A program made the translations under genes and the position numbers. The notes under the pieces were generated by a model. That model did no database searches, had not been told where the DNA came from, and saw only the letters and a program-made list of their open reading frames with translations. This document shows positions 18,689 to 28,209 of a stretch of DNA of 64,000 nt, piece by piece. Origin of the DNA: an uncultured Pseudomonadales bacterium (lineage in GTDB: Bacteria; Patescibacteriota; Microgenomatia; UBA1400; PJMF01); contig CAYMSV010000001.1 in the NCBI GenBank assembly GCA_964393205.1, forward strand, positions 173,764 to 237,763. Reading direction: 5' to 3'. How positions within the stretch are numbered: position 1 is the stretch's first letter; each line of letters starts with the position of its first letter.

Positions 18689-19996
18689 TTATTTAAGTGC
18701 CTTTTTTACAGCTTCTACTTCACTCCAAGGTTTTTCAACTTTTCCATAGCACATGCTTTGTTCTGGCCCTTTGCCCAATAAAGCAATTAAGTCACCTTTT
18801 TTAGCTAATTTTTGTAAAGTAAAGTTAATAGCTCGTTGACGGTTAATAATAGAAATCACCTTGTGATGATTGTTGTTTAGTGATTCTTTCATTTGTCTAA
18901 TAATGGTCCAAACATTTTCAGTGCGAGGATCTTCAGCGGTAAAAACCACTAGATCGGCTAGCTCAGCACCAATTTTACCCATCAATGGGCGTTTTGCTCG
19001 ATCGCGCAAGCCTGCACAGCCATAAACAGCGATTAAGCGTCCAGCCATTTTTTCTTTTTGCATTTTTTGTCTTAGTGCTGTCAGTGCCTCGGTTAATCCT
19101 TGTGGGGTGTGAGCGAAATCTACCACTACTTGAAAGGGATGTTTTTGACCAGTTAATTTTTTTAAGTTTAAGAATTGCATGCGCCCATCAACTCCAGGAA
19201 AAGTCTTAAAACCTTCAATTAATTCTTCATTGCTTAGTTTTAATTCTTTGGCAATGGTAATGGCTAGACGAGCATTCATTTGATTAAACTCTTCTGGAAA
19301 GTGCTTAATGAGACTTTGGTCAAGTTCTTGATCAATTTTTTCTTCTTTACTGTAAGTTAGAACTTGATGGCGACTACTCGGAAGCAATTTTCTAAGGCGG
19401 TAAAAAGATTGGTCATCTTCATTAAGTACAACTGTTTTGCTTTTTTGCAGAACTAAGGCTTTAGCTTTCAAATAATTCTCATAGTTTAAATGATAATCAA
19501 AATGGTCTTGAGTGATGTTGGTTATCCCAGCAATTTCTGGGCGAATGCCAAACAGGCGGTATTGATAAGCTCCTTGAGACGTATATTCTAAGATTAAGTA
19601 TTCTGTGCCTTGGTCAAGCATCTGTCGCATTAAGCGATAAAGATCATCTGGAGCAGGACTAGTAACATGAAAACCGGTTTCAATTTTCTTTTTACCTATA
19701 TAGGCTGCGATAGTTGAAACTAGAGCTACCTTGTAATTAGCAGTTTTTAGTAAATGATAAAGAAGTGTAGTACTTGTAGTTTTGCCATCAGTACCGGTAA
19801 TAGCAATGATTTTTAGTTCTTTTTGGGGAAATTTGTTTTGTAATTGAGCAGGCAAAGCTTTAAACAAGCCAGTTTTTATAAAATGATAGGGTTTTTTTAC
19901 TTGATAAAGAAAATTGTTTAGCATGATGACAATATGATAACACTTTAATAAGATTTTCAAAACAATATGGCTTGTTGTCAATTTTCTTGAAGACAA
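18689..19996 (-). CDS. Mur ligase family protein, MurE-like (short N-terminus)
   Basis: ITGTDGKTTST P-loop; the DFAHTPQGL...GCAGLRDRAKRPLMG...FTAEDPRTE C-terminal domain resembles the MurE C-terminal domain. Confidence 0.65.
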   Translation of the reverse strand: MSSRKLTTSHIVLKILLKCYHIVIMLNNFLYQVKKPYHFIKTGLFKALPAQLQNKFPQKELKIIAITGTDGKTTSTTLLYHLLKTANYKVALVSTIAAYIGKKKIETGFHVTSPAPDDLYRLMRQMLDQGTEYLILEYTSQGAYQYRLFGIRPEIAGITNITQDHFDYHLNYENYLKAKALVLQKSKTVVLNEDDQSFYRLRKLLPSSRHQVLTYSKEEKIDQELDQSLIKHFPEEFNQMNARLAITIAKELKLSNEELIEGFKTFPGVDGRMQFLNLKKLTGQKHPFQVVVDFAHTPQGLTEALTALRQKMQKEKMAGRLIAVYGCAGLRDRAKRPLMGKIGAELADLVVFTAEDPRTENVWTIIRQMKESLNNNHHKVISIINRQRAINFTLQKLAKKGDLIALLGKGPEQSMCYGKVEKPWSEVEAVKKALK

Positions 19997-20005
19997 TTAT
20001 CAAGG

Positions 20006-21529
20006 ATGTTTGTTAAAACTTTTAGTGCCATTAATTTGGCTTTAAGCGTTAAAAAAATTGAAGTAGAGGTTGATACGGTCATTGGTAAACCAAGTTTTAT
20101 TTTAATTGGTTTGGCCAACCGAGCGGTTGAAGAATCAAAAGAGCGGGTCAGCTCAGCTCTTTTGCATTGTGGAGTTAGAATTAAACCTTTACGTACTCTG
20201 GTTAATTTAGCTCCAGCTGAGTTGCACAAAACTAGCAGCGCTTTGGAATTAGCTATTGCGGTAGCACTACTTCGTCAGTATGGAGAAATAGAGATAGATT
20301 GTCAGAAAGCCTTATTTTTAGGAGAGCTATCACTAACTGGTCAACTCAAAGCAGTTAAGGGTATCCTAGCCATTGCTCTCAAAGCGAGAAGTTTAGGCTT
20401 TAAGCAAATTTTTTTTCCTGAAGCAAACTTGAAAGAGCTATCTTTAATCAAAAATCTAGAGCTTTTTCCTTTGGCAAGTTTGAAAGAACTAATTAGCTTA
20501 GTCAGAAAAGGTAATCTAATTAATCTAAAAGAGAAAGTAAGAGATTTTCAATCGATTGAGTCTGTTGAGAGAGTCTTGTCGGTGCCAGATCTTGCCGAAT
20601 TTCAAGAACAAGATCAGGCTAAACGTGCCCTGAGTATTTGTGCTGCTGGCGGGCATCATCTTTTGCTTTTTGGTGAACCTGGTGCTGGAAAGAGCTATTT
20701 AGCCCAGAGTATTTTGTCAATTTTGCCAAGTTTAAATCAAGAAGAAGCTTTAGAAATTAGTCAGATTTATTCTCTACTCGCACCATTAAAAGACGGCTTG
20801 ATCAAAGAGCGTCCTTTTCGTTCTCCTCATCATAGTGTTAGTAAAGCAGCTTTTCTTGGGGGTTTAGATTTTCCTGGAGAGTTGAGTTTAGCTCATTTAG
20901 GAGTTTTATTTTTAGATGAATTTATAGAATTACGTCGTGATCTAATTGAGGCCTTGCGACAACCACTAGAAAATCATTTTTTTAAAATCAATCGAGCTAA
21001 GCAAGAATTAACTTATCCAGCTAACTTTACTTTAATTGCCGCTACTAACCCCTGCCCTTGTGGTTTTTATGGTAGTCAAAAGCCTTGTCGTTGTAGCACT
21101 TATGATTTGTTGCGCTATCAAAAAAAATTATCTGGACCAATCTTGGATCGTTTAGATTTGAGTGTTCGTCTCAGTGCTGACTGTCAACGAGAGTTGTTTT
21201 TTAGCCCTCGTTCTGCTCAAAACAGTCGAGAAATTCGTCAGAGAGTGACTATTGCTAAGCTTCGACAAAATCAGCGTTTTAGTAAAACAAGTTTTTCCTC
21301 AAACGCTAACTTAAGTAGCGAAGGGGTGAAACACTTTTGTCAATTGAGTAAGGATGCTAAAAAAACTCTAGATTTGGCAAGAAGCCAACTTAAGCTTAGT
21401 ATTAGAGGATATTTCAAAACCATTAAAATAGCTCAAACTATTGCTGATTTGCAAGAAGAGGAAATAATTACACCTCAATTGATTGCTGAATCTCTTAGTT
21501 TTCGTCAAGCGATGTTTGATTTTAGCTAA
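20006..21529 (+). CDS. comM: YifB/ComM family Mg-chelatase-like AAA+ ATPase
   Basis: N-terminal Lon-like domain, GEPGAGKS Walker A, C-terminal ChlI-like region. Confidence 0.85.
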   Translation: MFVKTFSAINLALSVKKIEVEVDTVIGKPSFILIGLANRAVEESKERVSSALLHCGVRIKPLRTLVNLAPAELHKTSSALELAIAVALLRQYGEIEIDCQKALFLGELSLTGQLKAVKGILAIALKARSLGFKQIFFPEANLKELSLIKNLELFPLASLKELISLVRKGNLINLKEKVRDFQSIESVERVLSVPDLAEFQEQDQAKRALSICAAGGHHLLLFGEPGAGKSYLAQSILSILPSLNQEEALEISQIYSLLAPLKDGLIKERPFRSPHHSVSKAAFLGGLDFPGELSLAHLGVLFLDEFIELRRDLIEALRQPLENHFFKINRAKQELTYPANFTLIAATNPCPCGFYGSQKPCRCSTYDLLRYQKKLSGPILDRLDLSVRLSADCQRELFFSPRSAQNSREIRQRVTIAKLRQNQRFSKTSFSSNANLSSEGVKHFCQLSKDAKKTLDLARSQLKLSIRGYFKTIKIAQTIADLQEEEIITPQLIAESLSFRQAMFDFS

Positions 21530-22292
21530 AGAGCAATAAACCAAAGCCTAAAATTAAACAATAGGTAGCAAAAAAGAGAAAACGATTGTGACTTAATACT
21601 TTTTTGAGAATTTTTAAGCTAAATATTCCACTTAAGAAGGCAACAAACATAGCTGGTAAAGTTAGTTTCCAATTAGCCATTTCTAAAATCTGTCCATTAG
21701 ATTGAAAAATGTCAAAAAGAATGGCGCCAACAATCGCAGGAATAGATAGCAGGAAAATAAATTGAAAAGCAATCTTGTGTTTAATATTACTACTCAGTGC
21801 GGCGTAAAGAGTGATTCCTGATCTGGAAATTCCAGGTAAAACAGCCAGTGTTTGAAAAATACCTATTTTAATAGCAGTCAAAATATTAATTTTTTTCAAT
21901 TGCTTTACTTGCTCTTCCTGTTTTTGGTTTTTTAGTGCTAAAAAACTCAAATAGTTAAATCCAGCAGTGATTAAAAGCAAAACACCAATGATAATGGTGG
22001 AATGACTAAAAACATTAACCCAGTGATGGGCAAAAAAAACAACGGGAATTAGAGGAATGCTAGCCACTAATAAATAAATTAAAGTTTTCTTTGAAATTAT
22101 TTTAATTTCTGACCAAAAGTAAACGATTACCGCTAACAATGTTGCTAGGTGTAGGGCTATTTCAAAACTAAGCGAGTTATCATTGATAGCTAAAAATTCC
22201 TGGACTAAAAACAAATGGCCAGAGCTAGAAATAGGTAGAAACTCGGTAACTCCTTGAATTAAACCTAATAAAATTGCTTGAAAAAAACTCAT
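21522..22292 (-). CDS. uppP: undecaprenyl-diphosphatase
   Basis: GISRSGITL motif; 8 TM helices; typical BacA N-terminus. Confidence 0.85.
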   Translation of the reverse strand: MSFFQAILLGLIQGVTEFLPISSSGHLFLVQEFLAINDNSLSFEIALHLATLLAVIVYFWSEIKIISKKTLIYLLVASIPLIPVVFFAHHWVNVFSHSTIIIGVLLLITAGFNYLSFLALKNQKQEEQVKQLKKINILTAIKIGIFQTLAVLPGISRSGITLYAALSSNIKHKIAFQFIFLLSIPAIVGAILFDIFQSNGQILEMANWKLTLPAMFVAFLSGIFSLKILKKVLSHNRFLFFATYCLILGFGLLLFS

Positions 22293-22319
22293 AGCACTAT
22301 TCTAGACATAATTGAGGAC

Positions 22320-22665
22320 TTTTTAAAGTGAACATGGCTCGTAAGCCGGATTCTGTTTAGAAAGTAATGATTTATCTATGCACAACTTTATGACCATCTT
22401 TCCAAAAGGAAATATAGGGAGTAGGTCCATTAAGGTCAAAATCGTTGCTCGCAGCGGGGAGGATTGCCAAACAATCGTTGCCGATTATCTATCCAATAGC
22501 TTGATCGTTTCAACTGGCGCTACCCAGCTCGTCTCTGTTGCTCTAACTAGCTAGCTTTAACACTAGTCACAGCTTTCACTGTACACCCTCTACTCGGCTG
22601 TCCGGACTTTCCTGTCAAAAATGTTAATTGATGACCCATTACTCGGCCATGTTCCCTTGTATTAT
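22320..22665 (-). ncRNA. rnpB: RNase P RNA (bacterial)
   Basis: On the minus strand: AGGAAAGTCCGGAC (P4 5' strand) and ACAGAATCCGGCTTA (P4 3' strand); P1 pairing GGGAACATGGC/GCCATGTTCAC; no ORF; a GC-rich island within AT-rich DNA. Confidence 0.85.
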
Positions 22666-22714
22666 ACTAAAAATTCTGCTAATCTGTCAGCTAGATTAGT
22701 AATGAAAGGATCAT

Positions 22715-23224
22715 ATGAGTGACGATTTAGTTAAAAAAGCCCTAGCAGAAAACGAAGATGAAGCGATAGAAAAAGTAGTAGCAAAAGCCAAAGAAACAGT
22801 AATGAGTGAAGATGAGGAAGTGGAACGCTCTAATCAGCTAGCTGAAACTTTAACTTCTCTGCAGAATTTAATTGAACGTCATGCTTTAGAGTTAACTAGA
22901 CTTAGTGGGGAGCTGAGAGAAAAAAGACAGGCAGTTAAGAATGTTTTTGACAATGATTTTCAATTGCTTGAAAAAAAAGAAGAAGTAGATAAATACAATC
23001 AACAATATAAAGAGCGTAAAAGCCAATTGCAAAATGACCCTCAAGTAATAGCTCTCAAAGTTGATGTAAGTGACCTCAATCAACAAAAGAAAGAACTGGA
23101 AGAAACCCTCAGTAATCACCTAGTGAACTATCATGCTCTAACTAATTCAACGAGCTTTGATATGAGCGAAGGTGATCAATGGGAATTTGTAATTAAGGCA
23201 AAAATTAAAACAAAAACGAAGTAG
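22715..23224 (+). CDS. hypothetical acidic coiled-coil protein
   Basis: 169-aa ORF with heptad-like E/K/Q-rich sequence; an AGGA RBS lies 8 nt upstream. Confidence 0.45.
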   Translation: MSDDLVKKALAENEDEAIEKVVAKAKETVMSEDEEVERSNQLAETLTSLQNLIERHALELTRLSGELREKRQAVKNVFDNDFQLLEKKEEVDKYNQQYKERKSQLQNDPQVIALKVDVSDLNQQKKELEETLSNHLVNYHALTNSTSFDMSEGDQWEFVIKAKIKTKTK

Positions 23225-23240
23225 TTCAAAATGATTTATA

Positions 23241-23268
23241 AAAAAACCCGCTTTATAAGCGGGTTTTT
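23241..23268. terminator. bidirectional intrinsic terminator
   Basis: A-tract, then CCCGCTTTATAAGCGGG hairpin, then T-tract, between convergent genes. Confidence 0.8.
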
Positions 23269-23291
23269 AAATTTTTAATTTAAGTTTTAAA

Positions 23292-23552
23292 TTAAGAACC
23301 CAAACGTTGTTGAATTTTAGCGATGGCTGTTGGAGAAACATTTTTTCTCTTTTTTAAAGATTGAGCTCGCTTTTTTAAACGACTCATATCAGCAGTAACA
23401 TCAGCTTTAATTCTAGAGGGTTTAGCAAAGTAACGTCGATCTTTGGCAATTTGTACCACACCAGCAGCTGCAATCGCTTTTTTAAATTGGCGAATAACAT
23501 CTCCGGTTGACTGATTTTTCTTTGCTTTAATAATAACTGGCAAGCGTATCAC
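23292..23552 (-). CDS. rpsU: 30S ribosomal protein S21
   Basis: The GDVIRQFKKAIAAAGVVQIAKDRRYFAKPSRIK core matches S21; basic C-terminal extension. Confidence 0.7.
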   Translation of the reverse strand: MIRLPVIIKAKKNQSTGDVIRQFKKAIAAAGVVQIAKDRRYFAKPSRIKADVTADMSRLKKRAQSLKKRKNVSPTAIAKIQQRLGS

Positions 23553-23704
23553 CCCCTCTCTGGAGTTTATTAGTACGATTAAGAGCGCTATTATAAGTGA
23601 TCGAAAGCAATAAAACCAGAGTTAATTTGGAAATCTTTCTAATTGACAGCTTTTATCTTTAGTGTTAGTTTTGAAAAAGTTTTTTAAAAATCAAAATCAA
23701 GAAA

Positions 23705-24379
23705 ATGCGCTTACTAATCATTGAAAATGATTTAGTTTTATTAGATCTACTATTGGACAGTTTATTAAAAGATTATTTGGTTGATATAGCCAGTAATTTA
23801 TCTAAAACTCAAAATTTACTTGAAGATAATTTTTATCAAGCAATATTACTCAGCTCTTTTGTTCTCGACAGTGAGCAACTAAGAAGTCGAGCAAGCCAAG
23901 TTTTTAGAAACTCAGGATCTCCTGTTCTCTTGATGACTAGTGGCAGACTATCAAAAGAAGACTTTACTTTTTTGGGCCAGCGATCAATTGATTTTTTACA
24001 CAAACCTTTTAGTCTTAGTGAGTTAAATTTACGTTTAAAGTTATTATTATTTAAATTGCCAATAAAAAATCAGCAGCTGACTTTAAGTAATCAAAAATTA
24101 TTGTTGAATAATCAAACTCATAGTTTGTCTTTTGGCAAAAAAACTATATTTTTAAGTAGAAAAGAATTTTATTTACTACAATTATTTTTTAAAAAACCTA
24201 ATCAATTGTTGTCAAAAGCTTTGTTAGCTAATTTAGTTTGGGACAATGAAGAGGTTGTTTATGGCAATAGCATAGCTACTCATATATCTAGTTTACGAAG
24301 AAAAATTAAATATTTATCCGGAAAAGAACTAATCAAAACTGTTAGAGGTGATGGTTATTTATTGAAAGATTCAAAGTAA
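23705..24379 (+). CDS. OmpR-family response-regulator-like protein (orphan)
   Basis: Receiver-like N-terminus (END at 7-9, D55, T, K); C-terminal winged helix ending ...TVRGDGY. Confidence 0.55.
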   Translation: MRLLIIENDLVLLDLLLDSLLKDYLVDIASNLSKTQNLLEDNFYQAILLSSFVLDSEQLRSRASQVFRNSGSPVLLMTSGRLSKEDFTFLGQRSIDFLHKPFSLSELNLRLKLLLFKLPIKNQQLTLSNQKLLLNNQTHSLSFGKKTIFLSRKEFYLLQLFFKKPNQLLSKALLANLVWDNEEVVYGNSIATHISSLRRKIKYLSGKELIKTVRGDGYLLKDSK

Positions 24380-24718
24380 TTTTTTAATCTCTTGAATATT
24401 CTTCCAACCTCCTAGTAAATGAATATGTAAGTGTTGAATTTGTTGAACTTGTTTGCCGACATTAATATGAATTTTATAATTATCTGCTATTTTCATTTTT
24501 TGTGCCATTTGTCGACATAAAAGTAGTAGTTGCCCATGAATTTTTTCATTACTTAATTCAATTTCTTCCAAACTAGTATAAGGATGTTTAGGAATTATTA
24601 GTAGATGGACTGGCGCTTTTGGATCATTGCTGGATATAACAATAAACTCATCATCTTCGAAATGAATGGTACTTGGTAATTTTCTTTGTATAATTTTGCT
24701 AAAAACTGACTCGCTCAT
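24371..24718 (-). CDS. HIT-family nucleotide hydrolase
   Basis: HxHxHLLGG histidine triad (HLHIHLLGG). Confidence 0.85.
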   Translation of the reverse strand: MSESVFSKIIQRKLPSTIHFEDDEFIVISSNDPKAPVHLLIIPKHPYTSLEEIELSNEKIHGQLLLLCRQMAQKMKIADNYKIHINVGKQVQQIQHLHIHLLGGWKNIQEIKKLL

Positions 24719-24746
24719 TTTTCTATTCCCTACAATTTTTATTTTC

Positions 24747-25643
24747 TTAACTGTAAATTTTTTTAATTAAGTCAATAACTTGTTCAAGACTGAGTTTACT
24801 GGCTTTTTTATGATGCCAGTTATTGCTACCATTGAGCAACATTTTACCACTAGCATGATAAAACCAGTTAGCCGATGGGTCTAGTTCGCGAATAGCTTCA
24901 TCTAATTCTTTCAGATTAAAATCTTCGCCGTCAGGATTTTTTGCATCTGGCCTAACTTTAATGCGAATGAAGCCCTGTTCTGGATCTTTACGAAGTACTA
25001 ATTGATAGCCCTGAATTTGTGCTAATTTAATGGTGTCGTCATTGCCAGTTTCCAGAGCCAAGCATTTGCCTATTTTAATAGTAAACTCTTGTCCTTTACT
25101 CTCAATAGTTTCACGCGCACTATAGCGCTGGGTCATAGCGGCATAAGCATAATCTAAAGCTTTGAGACCAAAATTTAATTGTGATTGATCGTCGTGTAGA
25201 TTGACAAACTCATGACCATGAATCAGAGAGTGAAGACTAAAGATGAAACGGTCTTCTTTTGCTTCGGGCCAATAAATTTCGCTAAAATGATCAATAGCGG
25301 TAATGTGCTTAATTACTGCAGCCAAAGCTTGGTCGTTTTTTTTATCTGGATAGCGTTGACAAATGTAGTCATAGACTAGCGAGCTGGCCGAGACGTCTCT
25401 CCCCGCTTTTTCGGGTTGATGATGATCAAATTCTCCCAGTCCTGTATCAACGTGAGTTACCTCGTGAAGTTGACAATTAAAATTTTTTTCACAGTCTTCT
25501 AAACTAATTGTGTCTCCTGGATCAACAAAAGCAATTTTGGCATCAGCGTAGCGAGCGCTGTCAAATCTTTTAAACAACCAAATGCTGCCAATAGCGTCTA
25601 AATCTGGGGCGTGATGAGTAACTAAAAGTTTTCTTTCGGACAT
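24747..25643 (-). CDS. DHH-family phosphoesterase (NrnA-like). An in-frame start also exists upstream at 25679.
   Basis: HHAPDLDAIGS (motifs I/II) and GEFDHHQ (DHH motif). Confidence 0.6.
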   Translation of the reverse strand: MSERKLLVTHHAPDLDAIGSIWLFKRFDSARYADAKIAFVDPGDTISLEDCEKNFNCQLHEVTHVDTGLGEFDHHQPEKAGRDVSASSLVYDYICQRYPDKKNDQALAAVIKHITAIDHFSEIYWPEAKEDRFIFSLHSLIHGHEFVNLHDDQSQLNFGLKALDYAYAAMTQRYSARETIESKGQEFTIKIGKCLALETGNDDTIKLAQIQGYQLVLRKDPEQGFIRIKVRPDAKNPDGEDFNLKELDEAIRELDPSANWFYHASGKMLLNGSNNWHHKKASKLSLEQVIDLIKKIYS

Positions 25644-25676
25644 GAAATCATTATAACAGCTGACAAAAAAAGAACC

Positions 25677-25722
25677 CACCGAAATCGCCTTAGGGGTAGA
25701 TTTCAGTGGGGGTCTTCCTCAC
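25677..25722 (-). terminator. hairpin followed by a U-tract on the minus strand, a candidate terminator/attenuator between proS and the DHH gene
   Basis: CCCACCGAAATC...GATTTCAGTGGG inverted repeat preceded on the plus strand by AAAAAAAG. Confidence 0.45.
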
Positions 25723-25875
25723 CGATATACAAACACTAATATATATTTTTTTTCAGTTTTTCAAATAAGAAAAAAAGATTGATCATTGGGCTTATAATTT
25801 TGTTCTAGACTAATTATTTTTTTAAATATAGGCTGATTATTTCTTGCAATTTTTGCAAAAAAGGATTGGTTTTAG

Positions 25876-27114
25876 CTATTTATCTAGCTTAAGACGGTTT
25901 ATTAACTCTTTTGATTCAATCAGTTCGGTTTGTTGATTGTTTCTTGTTTGCCACTCGATTTTATTTTTATTGCGTTCTGACACAACTAATCGAACTGGTA
26001 AACCAATTAAATCACTGTCAGCAAATTTTTTACCAGCTGAGCGTTGGCTATCATCCCAGAGTAGTTCTACACCATTTTTTAATAAAGTTTGGTAGAGCTT
26101 ATTGGCTAACTCTTCTCCTCCCTGAAGACTAATTAAATGTGCTGGAAAAGGAGCGACACTTTTAGGCCAGATAATACCTTTTTGATCATGATGTTTTTCA
26201 ACAATAACTCCCATAGCTCGACTGATGCCGATGCCATAACAACCCATGATTGGGTGTTGTTGTTGACCGTTTTCATCTAGATATTTCAGGTTAAAAGCTT
26301 TGGTAAATTTTTTTCCTAGATCAAAGACATTGGCCACCTCACTAGCTTTCGCTTGTTTAAGCTCTACTCCACATTTTGGACAAGGACTGCCCACTTTAAC
26401 CTGGCTAATTTCACTATTAATACAATAGTTGCAAGCATCACAATATAAAATGTCATCTTCACCGGCGTCAGTTAATACCATGAACTCATAAGAAATTTTA
26501 TTACTGAAAGCACCACCACTGGCTTCTGTAGCTTTAGCTGTTAAAGATAATTTTTTAAAGACTTTTAAGTAAGCTTCCTTAGTTTTTTGATAAAATTTTT
26601 CGAAATCTTTTTGATCACTATGAAAACTATACATGTCCTTCATGTAGAATTCTCTACCCCGCAAAATACCAGACTTAGAACGCAGTTCATCTCGGTATTT
26701 CCACTGAATTTGGTAAAGAGCCAAAGGTAGATCCTTATATGAATTGATCAACTCTTTGGCGAGTGGAGTTACAATTTCTTCGTGACTTTGACCAAGTGCA
26801 TATTCGCGGTTGGTACGACTCTTAAGTTTAAATAAGACATCAATGTTATCCCAACCTCCAGTTTTTAACCAATTGGCCTTGGGGTGAAGAGCTGGCATAA
26901 GTATTTCTTGAGCTCCCAGCACATTCATTTCTTGGCGAACAATACTTTCAATTTTACGCAGTACTCTAAGACCAAGTGGGGTGTAAGTATAAACGCCTGC
27001 CATCAGTTGTCGAATATAGCCAGCCTGAACTAAGAGTCGGTGATTGACAGTGTCGGCGTCAGCGGGTGTAGTTTTACTAGTGGAAAAGGCCAATTGAGAA
27101 AGTTTCATAAACAA
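25876..27114 (-). CDS. proS: prolyl-tRNA synthetase, minimal form without an INS editing domain
   Basis: N-terminus collinear with bacterial ProRS; motif 3 GCYGIGISR; a CxxC...CxxC zinc ribbon sits where the INS domain normally is. Confidence 0.75.
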   Translation of the reverse strand: MFMKLSQLAFSTSKTTPADADTVNHRLLVQAGYIRQLMAGVYTYTPLGLRVLRKIESIVRQEMNVLGAQEILMPALHPKANWLKTGGWDNIDVLFKLKSRTNREYALGQSHEEIVTPLAKELINSYKDLPLALYQIQWKYRDELRSKSGILRGREFYMKDMYSFHSDQKDFEKFYQKTKEAYLKVFKKLSLTAKATEASGGAFSNKISYEFMVLTDAGEDDILYCDACNYCINSEISQVKVGSPCPKCGVELKQAKASEVANVFDLGKKFTKAFNLKYLDENGQQQHPIMGCYGIGISRAMGVIVEKHHDQKGIIWPKSVAPFPAHLISLQGGEELANKLYQTLLKNGVELLWDDSQRSAGKKFADSDLIGLPVRLVVSERNKNKIEWQTRNNQQTELIESKELINRLKLDK

Positions 27115-27153
27115 TACAGTTATTCTAAAGGGAAATGCTCTTTTTTACCAGTT

Positions 27154-28083
27154 TTAAGGAGATTTATTAAGTAGTTCTTGTGCAAAAACAGAACTAATGT
27201 CTAACACTTTTAATTTTTTGCTTTCTTGTTGGGTTTGATGAATAGAATTACTGACTATTACTTGGTCAATTTCGCTTTTTTCAATTGTTGATAGACCTTG
27301 ACAAAAAACTCCATGACTAGCTAAGAAATAAACTTTTTTTGCACCTTCTTTTTTTAGCAAAGCAGCACTTTCTACAACAGTGCTTCCAGAAATAATGACA
27401 TCATCTAAAATAATTACATTTTTATTTTTAATTGATGGTCCATGCAAAGCGTTCGCTGTCACTTGACCAGTTTTTAAATCACGACTTTTGTCAATATTAA
27501 CCATTTCTAATCCTAGTTTTTCTGCAAAAATTCGAGCACGCTTAATGCCACCAAAATCTGGACTAGCCACGACAGTTTGATTTAAACCAATTTCTGTTTT
27601 TAAATATTTGATAAAAACATCGTCAGCAAACAAGTGGTAAGTTGGTACTGAGAAAAAGCCAGGAATACTAGAATTATGTAGGTCAAGCAAAAAAACCCTT
27701 TTCACAAAATGGTTGGAAATAATATCTGCTACAACCTTGGCGGCAATAGCCTCTCCGGGGCGAAAAACCTTGTCTTGAAGAGAATAACCCAACCAAGGAA
27801 TAATCAGTGTCACGCCTCGGGCGCCAAGACGCTCAAGTGCATCAACAATTAGTAAGGTTTCAACAATGTGTTCATCGACCGGAGTGTTAAAACTTTGAAT
27901 TAGGCAAACTTCTTGATCACGTACTAGTTCTTTGTTCTTTATCCAGACTCTTTTTTCATCATTGGCAAATTTGGAAATTTCAATAGGAATCAAATTTGAT
28001 ACTTTCTTGTTAGCAATTTGATTGAGGTTTTTAATTACTGAGTTGGCTAAATCAAAATTAGAGGAACCAGAAATGATGTTCAT
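27154..28083 (-). CDS. prs: ribose-phosphate pyrophosphokinase
   Basis: PRPP-binding loop VIILDDVIISGST; typical length. Confidence 0.85.
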   Translation of the reverse strand: MNIISGSSNFDLANSVIKNLNQIANKKVSNLIPIEISKFANDEKRVWIKNKELVRDQEVCLIQSFNTPVDEHIVETLLIVDALERLGARGVTLIIPWLGYSLQDKVFRPGEAIAAKVVADIISNHFVKRVFLLDLHNSSIPGFFSVPTYHLFADDVFIKYLKTEIGLNQTVVASPDFGGIKRARIFAEKLGLEMVNIDKSRDLKTGQVTANALHGPSIKNKNVIILDDVIISGSTVVESAALLKKEGAKKVYFLASHGVFCQGLSTIEKSEIDQVIVSNSIHQTQQESKKLKVLDISSVFAQELLNKSP

Positions 28084-28209
28084 ATGTTGTTTGTTTTTGG
28101 ATTAATTAGTTTTAATTTTTTTTATCAATAATACTACTCTGGAAATTTTAACATATTTTGAGCTATCTGGCTAAGAAAAAATCTAATTATGAATACGACA
28201 GAAGAAAAT

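Noticed and set aside
18058-20229. ORFs 18058-18369 (+), 18985-19209 (+), 19978-20229 (-)
   Set aside because: Antisense to, or overlapping, murC, the MurE-family gene and comM. No independent support.
22892-23119. 75-aa minus-strand ORF inside the coiled-coil protein gene
   Set aside because: Antisense, phenylalanine-rich low-complexity translation of an A-rich sense strand.
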